Positions 13,351-25,343 of a stretch of 64,000 nt of DNA are shown here, in pieces. The notes beneath the pieces were generated by a model. It searched no databases and had not been told where the DNA came from. It was given only the letters and a program-made list of their open reading frames with translations. The stretch's first letter is position 1, and each line of letters opens with the position of its first letter. This DNA comes from Eledone cirrhosa (lineage: Eukaryota). The translations under genes and the position numbers were made by a program. The stretch is from contig OZ024742.1 in NCBI GenBank assembly GCA_964016885.1, positions 105,400,001 to 105,464,000 of the forward strand, given 5' to 3'.

Positions 13351-15808
13351 CTTAATAGACAGTAGTAGTAAGTAAGTATGGACCTGTAACATCCCATGGA
13401 GCCATAGAGGTATGACCATGACATATGACTTGTCTTGGGCAATTCTCACCTGGCGAAGCCCATCTCTCCAGTTCTGAATATATCCAATTTCTTCTAGAGG
13501 AGAGAGAGTGATAGTCGAAGTGGAAAAGAGATATAGAAGAAGAATCAACCCAAGTTCTGGAAAGAGACATTTATTTTTTATCAACCTCTAAATGATGAAA
13601 AGCAAAGTTGACCATTGTAGGATTTGAACTCAAAGCACATGGAGCAATAATGAATACCATAAACTCAATAGTCTGTAGTGCAAAATGTATTAAAATACTG
13701 GCCACTCGTTTAAAGGAATGTTCATACACACAGATATATAATATCACAATTTCTTCTATACAACTGTGGTGCAAAATATATTCAAATACTCATCACATAT
13801 TCATTAATTATTTTACTAGTTCCAGTCATTGGACTGTGGTCATGCAGGAGCACCAGCTTCAAGGGTATAGTCAATTATATTGACTCCACTACTTAACCTC
13901 AGAAGGATGAAAGACAAAGTTGTTTCTTCTTTTGGTGGTGGTGGGGTTACAGTCCTTTAACTGTGCTCATGCTAAGGCAACACATTGATTTAGTCGATCA
14001 TATCCACACCAGCACTTTTTTTCATGTCTATTATTTATTTTGTCAATCTCTTTTTTGTCGAACAGTTAGGGTATGGAAAATACACCTAGACACAAACATA
14101 AGCATAGATGCAGACACACACACATTTTCTTTTCCTTTTTACTAATATATATATATATATATGTACATAAGGTCGGCTTCTACAGTTTCTGTTTACCAAA
14201 TTCCACTCAAAAGGTATTGGTCAACATGAAGCCATAGTAGAAAATTCTTCTCCTAGGTGCCACACAGTGAGAATGACCCCAGAACCACATGGTTGCAAAA
14301 CGAACTCTTTAACTATACAATGTTTACTTTTTAAGTTAACATTAGATCAAATATTTATTTTTCTAGTTAGATAATAGAATGAGAGATGTCTGCTTGTTCT
14401 AAGTTTTATTTTTTCATTTCTTTGATAAGCTTTCTTTAGGTCATAAGACATCTCTCTGTTTTATCTAAATAAATGCATTTCTAAACTGATGACATCATTT
14501 GTGAAGGTGTGTGGCTTAGTGGTTAGGGTGTTCTACTCAAGATCATAAAGTTGTGAATTCGTTTCCTGGCAGCACATTGTGTCCTTGAAAATAACACTTT
14601 ATTTCATGTTGCTCAGTCCACTCAGCTGGTAAAAATGTGTTGTGGCTGTTATTCAAAATGCCTGCCATGCCACACAATCTCACGCTGAATCTCCCTGAAA
14701 ACTACGTTAAGGGTACACCTGTCTGTAAAATGTTTAGCCACTAGCACATAATTTCCTCAAGCAGACTGTTCTGTTGTTCAGACAACAACATCATTCACCA
14801 TTTTCTTACTTTCTACATGTAGATATTGTTCACACATTCAGATATATTTTAAAAACAAATAAATAACAAATGTGGCTGTGTGGTCCTCAAAACAGAAGTA
14901 TGGTGTAATATTTGCAATATGAGAGTGACTTACAGTAAATACATTTTTTTCTCTTCCTGTCATTAATTTTCTTTCTACACATTTTTATCTCTTGCTCCTT
15001 TTTCTTCCTCATACACCTTCTGTCAGTCTGTCTGTCTGTCTATTTATCTATGTATGTATCTATCTATATCTGACTGTCTGTGTGTGTGTCAGTCTGTTTG
15101 TCTATTTATTTATTTCTGTCTGTCACTCTATCTCTGCCTGTCAGACTCTAACAATCTCTGTCTGCCTGTCTATCTATCTAGCTATATCCACCCATCTACT
15201 TATCTATATACATACCCATCTACCTACCTATCTATCTATCTAGCTGTGTGTGTGTGTGTGTGAAAAGTATATAGAAAAAAGACAACAGACAGTGAATATA
15301 CAAGAATGTGTTGAAAAGTTCATAGGCTGATTATGAAGGGGTGATGCTAGAGCTATGAAATCTTGAATGCATTAATTTCAGCTCTTATTGATAACTGCAG
15401 TGTTTCTATCCAGATAAACTGATATGTGACTGTTCAAAGAAAATTTCAAAAGTAACTACTAGTGACTTCTCTTGAAAATTGACTGCTGGCTATTGAGTGG
15501 TTTGGTGAGACTTACAATGAGATATTTACTTATAAATAACTGATTTTGATATGTCCCAATAAGGGGAAGAAACGTTCGTAAATCAATATTTAATGTAAAA
15601 ACGTATGAATAATTTGCTTCATGCGTAATTATTATTTTTAACACTATGGGATTTTGTACAAAAGCTTGTTTGAAATATCTTCCAAAGAAGTATGAAACAT
15701 AGACTTTTGTACTGTTTATTATAATAAATTACTGTATTTTGAGCTGTTGTAACTTCTCCACCTACCTCCTTCCAATTTTTTGTATCGTTTTTGTAAAAAA
15801 CGATATTT

Positions 15809-15844
<36 letters not shown>

Positions 15845-15870
15845 TAACTATATATCTATATTTATTTCAG

Positions 15871-16009
15871 GTTCCAACCCCTCAGACCATGGAGGACAAC
15901 AGGTTATCTATAATGAAGCTACCAGTGTTGTCTATAGTTACTCATTTTTCCACCTGGTTTTCTCTGTTGCTAGTCTTTATATCATGATGCAGTTGACTAA
16001 TTGGCATAG
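15871..16009 (+). CDS. SERINC: SERINC exon ([47 protein letters not shown])
   Basis: Signature [10 protein letters not shown]....ASLY.MM.LTNW. Donor is AG|GCAAGT (GC-AG intron). Confidence 0.96.
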
Positions 16010-16682
16010 GCAAGTACATTCTGTGGTTTTTAGCTTGTTGGGTTGATTCATCATCATTATCATCTTTATTTTATCATCACCATCATCACTATCATTATCA
16101 TCACCAGTACTACTATTGCCATCAGCACCACCACCATCATCATCATTACCATCAGCAACACCATCATCACCACTATCATCAATATCATCATCATATTCAT
16201 ACTATTGAACTAATGAAGAAGCCTATGCTCAGATGCGCTAGCAACTGTTACAACAAAAATTACAATTGCTATATAAGTTCCCTGTGTTGCCTTGTGTGAA
16301 TTAATTTACTCATAACATCCTGTAATGATTTAGCAGAAAATATGGAAAATTAGGTTTGTTAATTCAAATATTAATAGTATCTTTACTAATTGACAAATTG
16401 TGAAAATTTACAGTGTTAGACTAAGGTCTTACATTTTTAATGTGATTCAGTCATAGTGCTGTTTTGTACTTTTCAAGAATGCCTTGCTAATGTGGTTTTG
16501 TGTGGTACAGGACTTTAAGCATTAACTATATATGTCTTTTTATAGAAGTTGGATTAACTGTGTTACAACAGATGAGTAAACTAGTCAAATAGTTTTAAAT
16601 ATTTTCATCTCTTCATCTTCACCAGATCATATCAACTTGTTACATATAATTTATTCTTTCTACTTTTTGTTGTTTTTCACAG

Positions 16683-16902
16683 ACCTGATGAGACAGACTT
16701 AGTTAAATTTGGACTCAACTGGCCAGCAGTGTGGGTAAAACTGATATCAAGTTGGATATGCGTCATTATATTTTTAACAACAACACTTTTTCCAAAGTGC
16801 TACCCCTGTAGAGGGTTAGCTCTACAAACTCGTTTGTCACGACAAGAATCAAATCAAAATAATGCAGAGCAAGAGACTTGTTTAAATTCTTTGCCAAACT
16901 AG
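16683..16902 (+). CDS. SERINC: SERINC terminal coding exon (PDETDLVKFGLNWPAVWVKLISSWICVIIFLTTTLFPKCYPCRG...SLPN*)
   Basis: ttttcacag acceptor, WPAVWVKxxSSW signature, TAG at 16900-16902. Confidence 0.95.
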
Positions 16903-17124
16903 GAAACATTTAAAAAAAGAATTTTACTTTATTTTAGATGTTTTATTTGACAAATGTTCTACATGCATGCCAGTGTGTATGATATCTAATGTATGAATGT
17001 ATGCACTTTGTATGTATCTGGCTATGTCACTAATGTATATGGCATATGAATATTGCATGCTCTAATTGGTTGATTCTATTGACACCTTTCAACTGAAATG
17101 TTTCGATATACTTTGGCTGAAAAG

Positions 17125-17345
17125 GGTGGTGGATTGGCAGAATCATTAGGGCATTGGACAAAATGCTTTGTGGCATTTAGTTACAGCTTTCTACGATCTG
17201 AGTTCAAACCCTGCAGAGGTTAACATTGCCTTTCATCCTTCTGGGGTCGATGAAATAAAGTACTAGTAAAATACTGGGGTTGATATAATCGACTTTCCCC
17301 TTCCCCCAAATTGCTGGCCTTGTACCAATGTTAGGAATAATTATT
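17125..17345 (+). mobile_element. SINE family A full-length copy in the probable SERINC 3' UTR
   Basis: Complete head, core and tail; contains AATAAA near 17255. Confidence 0.85.
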
Positions 17346-18109
17346 TTGGCTGAAAGGAAACTATATTATGCTAAAAGACTAACTGCAATTTGGGATGATC
17401 TCCAGATCCTTTTAATTGGAGTTGATCCTGTGGCAAATACACTCTACAATAGCAAAGAAACTCTACAAATTAGCTCTATGAACATTACAATAGGGAAAAT
17501 CTGGGAATCTTTTTATTTGTAGATGATCTTGTAGAGTTTATCTGCCAAGAATGTGGCAGAAAGTAATCTAAAGATTCTAATAATAATGATATTGCATGCT
17601 TCCATTTGCAATAATTGAGTGTGTGTGTGTAATTATATGTTTCATGCATATATGAATCTATCAGATCCTCAATGTTTATGTGTCAGGTGTGGGTTAGAAT
17701 TTCAATTATCTGTTACTTTCTAGATAGCTATCCTCAAGTCATACATGCACAAAGTAATACTCACATAGCCCATCAATACTGATGATATATACCCATAGAT
17801 ATTTATACATTCACATAGATACTCTAACCCACTTGCAAACATCATGTAAGTATATGTAAGTGTACCTTTGATATTCCTTTTAAATATTTACATATAGGTA
17901 TGCATACATAGTTACATGCATTCTTTACATCACCACTAGTATCTCTATTATCTGGAATTGCTTCTACATATTCACAGGTACTCTTGTATATGCATACATG
18001 TCCACATATAGCTCATTCATATATATATATACACACATATACACATACTTCATAAGTACTAATACTCAAAGCCACCCATTGTAATCCTGTATTTTATATT
18101 GCGGGAAGA

Positions 18110-18560
18110 GATCTTAGATGACTTCTTCAGAGAAACCGTAGATTTGTTGAATATATTATTTTTGTTAGTTTTATTTTTATTGTGTTGTCATTGCATTACT
18201 GAGCACAACTGTGTGCTTTCAGTATATGCAGTGTTGTGTTTGGTGTTTCCATTCTAAAGAGTTTACTCTTCATAATGTTTGTAGTGCCTAGTAGCATTAT
18301 TTTCTGTATACTCTATATATTTGTAAGTCCTGGGGTTTTGGTTATATTTCTCTCCATGTGTTCTGTTTTCAATTATTTGCAGAGCACCCTATTAATATAG
18401 GGATCGTTTCTGTTTTTTCATCCACATTTACGTTATTTCTATCTCCAGATTTTTATATTTGGATAATTTCTCCATTTCCTTGATATACATATTATCATTT
18501 GTGAAGATTGATATTACATTTAGAAGGAATTTTTTCTTCTTTTTTTTTTGTGTCCTTTGA
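18110..18560 (-). mobile_element. R4/Dong-like non-LTR retrotransposon 3' relic (REL endonuclease end)
   Basis: Minus strand reads KEMEKLSKYKNLEIEIT*MW..KTETIPILIG...KIMLLGTTNIM, matching the KE.EK..KY..L..EI..MW...IPVVIG...LLGTA.IL pattern. Confidence 0.7.
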
Positions 18561-21500
18561 CTATAGTTTCTAATTAGTTAGCTTTATTATTATTAATTAT
18601 AATGATTGGCAGAATTGTTACTGTTGAAGAAAAGGACTTGTGGTATTTAGTTGCGTTAGTTTATATTCTGAGTTCTAATTTCCTTGAGAGGATTTTTTTT
18701 CTTTCACCCTTTCTAATTTGATAAATTACATAAAAAAAAGAAAAAAAAGATTTGAGATATTTTATCTACGTTAGAAATCTTTATTATTTTTATTATCGAT
18801 ATTTTTGTTAGTGTCGTGGAGTGGTAGAGTCGTTAGAGCATTGGACAAATGTTTAGCAGTATATGTTCCAATTCTTTACATTCCGAGTCAAATGTTGCCA
18901 CGGTCAACTATACTTCTCATTCTTTTAAGTTTGATAAAATATTAGCTAAATACTGGGGGTCGATATAACCAACTCCATTTTCAGTCCCTAAAATTGCTGG
19001 CCTTGTGCCTAAATTAGAAACCATTATTAATAGTTTTATTAGACTAAGGAATGTGATAAATGTTTGGGGTGTGTATGGTTATTAGCAAAATAAGGAATTA
19101 TTTTAGCTTCTGGTGAAATGAGTCTGTGAGCCAGGTTATATTACTGGTTGAATCTATTTCACTTCCTTTGCTATAATGAGCTATGATGCTACCACAATAT
19201 TCATTCTCTTACCATTGAAATCATTAAGCTTGATGACCTGTTGAGGAATATTTTGTCTTCCACCACAATGTAAACTTTACATTGTTGAAGAAAAAAAAAT
19301 GAGTTGTATGTACTTTTTTCTATATTATAGTAGTTGGGGTTGGCAGAATTGGTAGAACATCAGTTAAAACACCATTGCGGTATTTGTTCTGGCTCTTTAC
19401 ATTCCTAGTTCAAACCCCACCAAGGTCAACTTTGTCTTTTATCCAACCAGTGTCAATAAAATAGTTTGTGAGTTCAATCTCAGTACAAATACATGTACTT
19501 AGATATATAGTACTATCTAATAACGAATGGTGGTGAACTGGCAGTCATTAGAATATTAGATAGAATGCTTCATAATATTTGTATCAGCTCTCTGTGCTCT
19601 GAGTTCAAATATTGCTGAGGCCAACTTTACCTTTCTTCCTTTCGAGGCCAATAAATAAAGTACCAGTCCAGTATTGGGGTCGATTCTTTCTTTCTCTGGA
19701 AGAAATCAGCTGTGTTCAGACCTCCTGAATAGGGGATCAGCTCCACCTGGTTTTAAAAAATGCCAAACATGCTGTATGTCATTATGGCACCTCTATGACT
19801 CCACAAAGAGCTACAGATCTGTACATACATTTAATAATAAAAGGAGACTAAATCTATTAAAAAAAAAAAGATTAGAAGAGGTTTGTTGTCAGTCAGAAAC
19901 AAGGAATTAAATAATTTTAAAACAAATAATTCCATATTTGTTTTATTAGTATCAGTTTCAGAAATTCAATAATATAAATAAGAATCTTCCACTATATTCT
20001 CTGCATCAATTCTAATTCTACATTGTGTAGAATTGTTATGAAAATATCATAAAAAAAATTGGAATTTTTTTACATTTTTACCACTTTTATTAAACAGTGA
20101 AATGAAAATATGGCTAACCCCAGTCCATCCCATCTCATTTAATTTTCAAATGACACAGAGAGGAGCTTCAAGAGACAAACTCTCTTTTCAACTGCCAGGC
20201 AGTCAGTCTTTTCAGGAGCAGAAAGATATGCAGCCACACAATGCAAACCTCATTTAGCCAAAATTTCAGCTGTTATGTCACTGTATACAAATACAACGAA
20301 AAGTAGCATGTAGATAAGTGAGGGGTAAAATAGATATATATATAATAGATATACTCAATGGAATGTGTTATGGTTAATGTATGGTGATAGGAGTATACAG
20401 AGGTTGGTAGAAAGTTCTAGAGAAATGCAGTGCAATCTAGCCAATTTCCGAAGGCCAGCAAAGTTCATAAGCAATGTTCACAAAAAAAAAAAAAAGGTAT
20501 AAGACAACCTCATACAATGTTTCCAATGTAATTTCTAAGGCACTATGGCTGTGGGGTTAAGGTGATGAACTACTTTCTATATTGTCATAAGTTCAAATTA
20601 TATTAAAGCTAACATGTTGTTGGACAAGACATATAACTATAATTATGCTGACTGAACAAAAACAAAAAATACAAATCAAAACAAACAAAACAGCTTCCAA
20701 CCCCCCCTTTTTTTGGTTGAATAGTTAGCTATTTTCATCCTCAAAATTGGGAGGAGTGCATCTTACATGAGGAAGAAAACCTGGGAGGTGGAGTGACTGA
20801 TGCAGCAGGTGTTACTGTTCCTCACAGTAATCTTTTCATGAGATATACCACCCAAACTGGGATGTGGTGTCTGTTGCTCCTCCTCCTTTCCCTTACTTTC
20901 ATTATTAATTTTTTTTTTTATAACAAACATTATATAATTTAATTGAAATTTGTTAAATAAAATCTTTCCCTTTGATAGTTAGCAGTAAAGAGGAGTAGGC
21001 CCTCTGTAAAAACAAAAAAAAAACAAATCCCACTGAGGCAAACATGCCAAACAAAAATACAAGGATAGAAATATCTTTAAAAGAAGATAATCAAAAACAT
21101 AGTGAAAACTTTTATGCATCCTAAGTATAGAATTTAAATCATATTTTGAGGATTATATATTACAATTATGTAATCTCAAATAGTTAAAACAATACATTTT
21201 CATGCTGGCCAGTATTAAAATTGTAAATATTCTAATTATTTCAGAAGAAAAAAATAACAATTAACAACAAAATGAAAAGAAAAAACAAATACAAAAAAAT
21301 GCCTTGCCTCAGAATTTATTATATATATATGCTATGGTTATATATAATCAAGAAACATAGTTTTATTAATGTAGATGAGAGTTTTAATAGTTACTAGATC
21401 ACAGTCATTGATGAATGATTAAGAAGTTTCTTTCACAATCAAGAAGTTCCCAGGTTTAATTGTTCTGTGTATCACTTTGGGCAAGGGTTTTCAACATAAC

Positions 21501-22242
21501 CTCAGCCCTTGGGTCAACCTCATCCTTGTGAGAGAAGCTGTTGGCAGTTGGAAATTGTCTGGAAGCCCATTCAATTGACTGGATTGTACCTGCAATTCAA
21601 AGAGCCCAATCTTGTCATTCATATTGTCAAGTTCAGTATTATGTTAAGGGAACAAGAATCTGTGGAATACTCAGCCATTTGCATTATCAGTATTATACAA
21701 TGAGGAGATAGTTCCATTGAGGGAACAACTGAAATACTAATTATTGAAACTATAGGGATCATCATTAATAGTAATTTTTTGCTGTGGAGAAAATTTCATT
21801 TTTTAAATTATTTTTATAAATTGTTTTCCCTCTAACAGGCCTTTGTATATAATATAGAATCCACATTTTAAAATATATTCATTTTATCCATGCATGTTGC
21901 AAAAATTGACTAAAATTGTTTGGGTCAGGAATTGCATCTGACCATAAAACATTTCCTCAAAACGTCCTGTCCATCCCATGTCAGCATGGAAAATTGGACA
22001 TAGAAATGATACCGCCGACATATATATGTATATATCATATGTACTTCTAAATAAGTTGCAGTTTCACACAAAAACATAGTACACGAAATGCCACATATGA
22101 CTTATCTACCTTGCTTTGCACTTAAAATATTAAAAAATGAAGCTAAGATATTATAAAAACAAAAGGAGTGTGACTTTTATATGAGTATATGCACCATAAC
22201 TCAATGAGTGGGTAGTAAGGTTGGTAGAACAACTGGAAAACT

Positions 22243-22303
<61 letters not shown>

Positions 22304-22474
22304 ATAGATAAGATCTCACATTTCAATCATGTATAACGAATTTTCAAAAATTTTCCATTAAGCTTTGTAAGTTTACACATCAAATTTGTAAACAATGCTA
22401 GAATTGTACTAGCAATTTTCAAAAATCCCTGCTTCAAGCATTTCATCAACAATTGGTTAAAATTCATTTTAAGG

Positions 22475-22572
<98 letters not shown>

Positions 22573-22582
22573 ATATATATAT

Positions 22583-22644
22583 GAACCAGTAAGACCCCGA
22601 CAGCTGAGCTCAAGCCGTTTCGACGGTCGGGGTCTTACTGGTTC
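22583..22644 (-). ncRNA. 62-nt hairpin resembling a hammerhead that lacks the CUGANGA box
   Basis: Perfect 19-bp inverted repeat. The minus strand reads gaaccagtaagacccc-gaccgtc-GAAA-cggct(tgagctc)agctg-TC-ggggtcttactggttc. Confidence 0.45.
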
Positions 22645-22736
22645 CTATTACCCACTCTACTACCTCAAGTATTGAGTACTTTGGTGCGTTATGGTTCACC
22701 TGGTTCCTTACCACACTTCCTTCGTTATATATATAG

Positions 22737-22839
22737 ATCCCAGGCCACATGCTCGATCTGTTAGGTCAAACTCGTTATAAAGAATTTTTCATTACAAATT
22801 TTTTTTATATCCCGTGAATTTCATTATAATGGAATTTCA

Positions 22840-22870
<31 letters not shown>

Positions 22871-22986
22871 CACACACACACAGTGAAATTCCATTATAAT
22901 GAAATTCACGGGATATAAAAAAAATTTGTAATGAAAAATTCTTTATAACGAGTTTGACCTAACAGATCGAGCATGTGGCCTGGGAT
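22737..22986. repeat. 250-bp near-perfect palindrome centred on (TG)n(TA)n(CA)n
   Basis: Unique arms of about 105 bp are exact reverse complements. Confidence 0.93.
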
Positions 22987-23052
22987 TGAAAAAAATTTTG
23001 TTATACTGAAAAATTTGTTATAATGGTATTCGTTATAATGGAATTTTACCTG
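22881..23052. mobile_element. Tc1/pogo-type MITE with ~23-bp TIRs
   Basis: cagtgaaattccattataatgaa ... ttcgttataatggaattttacctg, inside dinucleotide repeats. Confidence 0.65.
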
Positions 23053-23100
23053 TGTGTGTATATATATATTAAACATTTTCGCTCTACATGGCTGAATACA

Positions 23101-23384
23101 ATAAATGTAATCTGAGTTTTTTGAATATTAATAATAACATTCAATTCGTTTGCAATTATGCAAACAAGCCTCATTTTAGAAAATACTGACAGTTGGCAGG
23201 TGAACAGTGAGCTGTACTGATGAAGGGTGATACCCAGAAACATTAGTGTCTGCAGTTCTGTTTACATGCCAACACAAGAGCAAGAATGAAGGGTTCATTC
23301 TACTGACATAGCTTTAAAAATGAGGCTTGTTTGCATAATTGCAAACGAATCAAATGTTATTAATATTCGAAAAACTCAGATTAC

Positions 23385-23390
<6 letters not shown>
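23101..23390. repeat. ~75-bp inverted repeats (23101-23177 and 23317-23390) enclosing the hammerhead
   Basis: ataaatgtaatctgagttttt...caaacaagcctcatttt and its reverse complement, with a few mismatches and a 3-nt indel. Confidence 0.9.
23192..23273 (+). ncRNA. Type I hammerhead ribozyme (canonical core, GUC site after 23250)
   Basis: Helix I gctgta/tgcagt extended by gttggcaggtgaacag/ctgtttacatgccaac; CTGATGA at 23217-23223; helix II gggt-gat-accc; GAAA at 23237-23240; helix III cattagtg; GTC. The 10.1-11.1 position is an A/A mismatch. Confidence 0.85.
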
Positions 23391-23438
<48 letters not shown>

Positions 23439-23898
23439 ATAATAATATTTATAGTTATGTATATAGTATAAACTATAAACAGGAAGGCCAGTAATTTCTT
23501 AATTACCTTATTACCAGTAAGAGAAATAGCTCAATGTATGAACATCAGTTGTTTTACAGAGCAGTTAAATAAATAATTTATTTATATATATATATATATA
23601 GGGCACCCACTGAAGAATTATAAGAGCCCACTTGAATAAGTATCTGTTGATCTTATACAAGCTTCTGCATAAATTGATATAATTTCACCCAACTTGTAGA
23701 AATCTTATAGTGAAACAAGTCGTTTGGGAAGTGATATATTTGATATATCTCATATGAAATGATACAGCCAATTTTTCACACAATACAATTAGTTAGCACC
23801 CCGAACGTTTAATTAGGAATATACTCAGGTATTTCCTAATGTTTGTTGAGTGAGTTGGAATTTGGCCGGAGTATCGCTATTAGCTTTCTCTGATTATG

Positions 23899-23941
<43 letters not shown>

Positions 23942-25091
23942 GACTTTGTTAGAACTGTATATTGCTAATGTCATGCAAGTGATATTTCAATGTTCTACTT
24001 GATTCTGTGTTGTCTTTTTTTTTTTTTTTGCAAGATATTAATAATATATCTATAACTGTATCTGTAATGCCCTGTTTTTGGTATTTTAGTGCCAAATTTA
24101 CATCGAGGGCTTATGGTGCAGTGAGTCAATATTTTCTATATTGATATAATTTCATTTGTATATTTCCACTCCTGATTTTTCAATATAACGGTAGAGTTGC
24201 TTCATGGTTTGTGAGTGAGCTATTTTTAGCATTCCTCCCTACACTCCACTGTCCAAGACTAGCAGTTTCAGTCTCTCAAACTTAATTATGGACAGTTAAT
24301 ATCTTGTCTAATTAAAAAGATGACTTACTGCTGAAGGTTGACTTCTTAACATTAATAATTATCCATTTAATTATGAGTCGATATTTTTTATATCGATATA
24401 ATTTCTTTTGTAAATATATATATATATATGTGTGTGTGTGTGTATTTATGTTAATGTAAATTTATGTATGTGTATGTTTGTTTATATTTTTATGTATGTG
24501 CATGTATATTCATGTGCGTTTATGTGTATGCATCATTATGTATATCATTATATTTGAATTTTTCTGATAAAGGAGTTGGTTTCTATCATAGAAATGGATG
24601 TTAAGTTAGGATGATAATGATGAAACAAACCTCCATTACTGAAAATTAGTTAATAACAGTTGTGAAGAATTATATACTGAATTTTAGAAATATTATGCAT
24701 ATTTTTACTGCTCTAATTACTTACATAATATATCTGCAAAAGTCATGTTAACTTGTCACTTTCTATACCTAACACCCAGCTTTTAGTGTATCTACAATGA
24801 TGGACAAGATGGTCGAATGGTTAAGAAGTTTGTCTTGCAAGTATTAGGTCCAAGATTTGATCCTACTGTGTGACATCTTGAGCAAGTGTCATTTACCATA
24901 GCTTTGGGTCGACCCATGCCTTCTGAGTAAAATTGGATTGACGGAAGAACCTGTTTGGAAGCCTCCCAGATGGACCAGGCTTGTCACATACTGTCACACT
25001 GAATCTCTGTAAGAATTACATTAATGATATATTTGTTTGTGGAATGCTCAGCCACTTACATGTTAATTTCATAAGTCAACCATACCTTTAA

Positions 25092-25343
25092 CCCTTTAGC
25101 ATTTAAACCAGTCATATCCGGCTAGAATTCTTTCACCTCTTTCTGTTCAAACTGGTTGTATCCGGCTAGAATTCTTTCACCTTTTTCAGTTCAAACCAGC
25201 TGTAACCAGTTGCGCATACTTATGTTAAGGTATTATTCTCAAAATAAATAATATAAAATTCTTGTAGATTCAATATTATGTGAAATAAAGTGTTTACTGT
25301 GAAAATACAACAGTAAATATAGAGCAATGTAAATGCTAAAGGG
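25092..25343. mobile_element. piggyBac-like MITE (TTAA TSD, CCCTTTAGCATTTA TIR)
   Basis: TTAA|ccctttagcattta ... taaatgctaaaggg|TTAA, with an internal ~45-bp duplication. Confidence 0.85.

Noticed and set aside
13054-13584. 176-aa ORF with an apparent signal peptide
   Set aside because: Chimera of a SINE and a decayed RT fragment with mutated catalytic residues.
16014-16019. GT donor for the last SERINC intron
   Set aside because: Gives ACC TGA immediately and removes the conserved WVK..SSW helix; the GC donor at 16010 fits.
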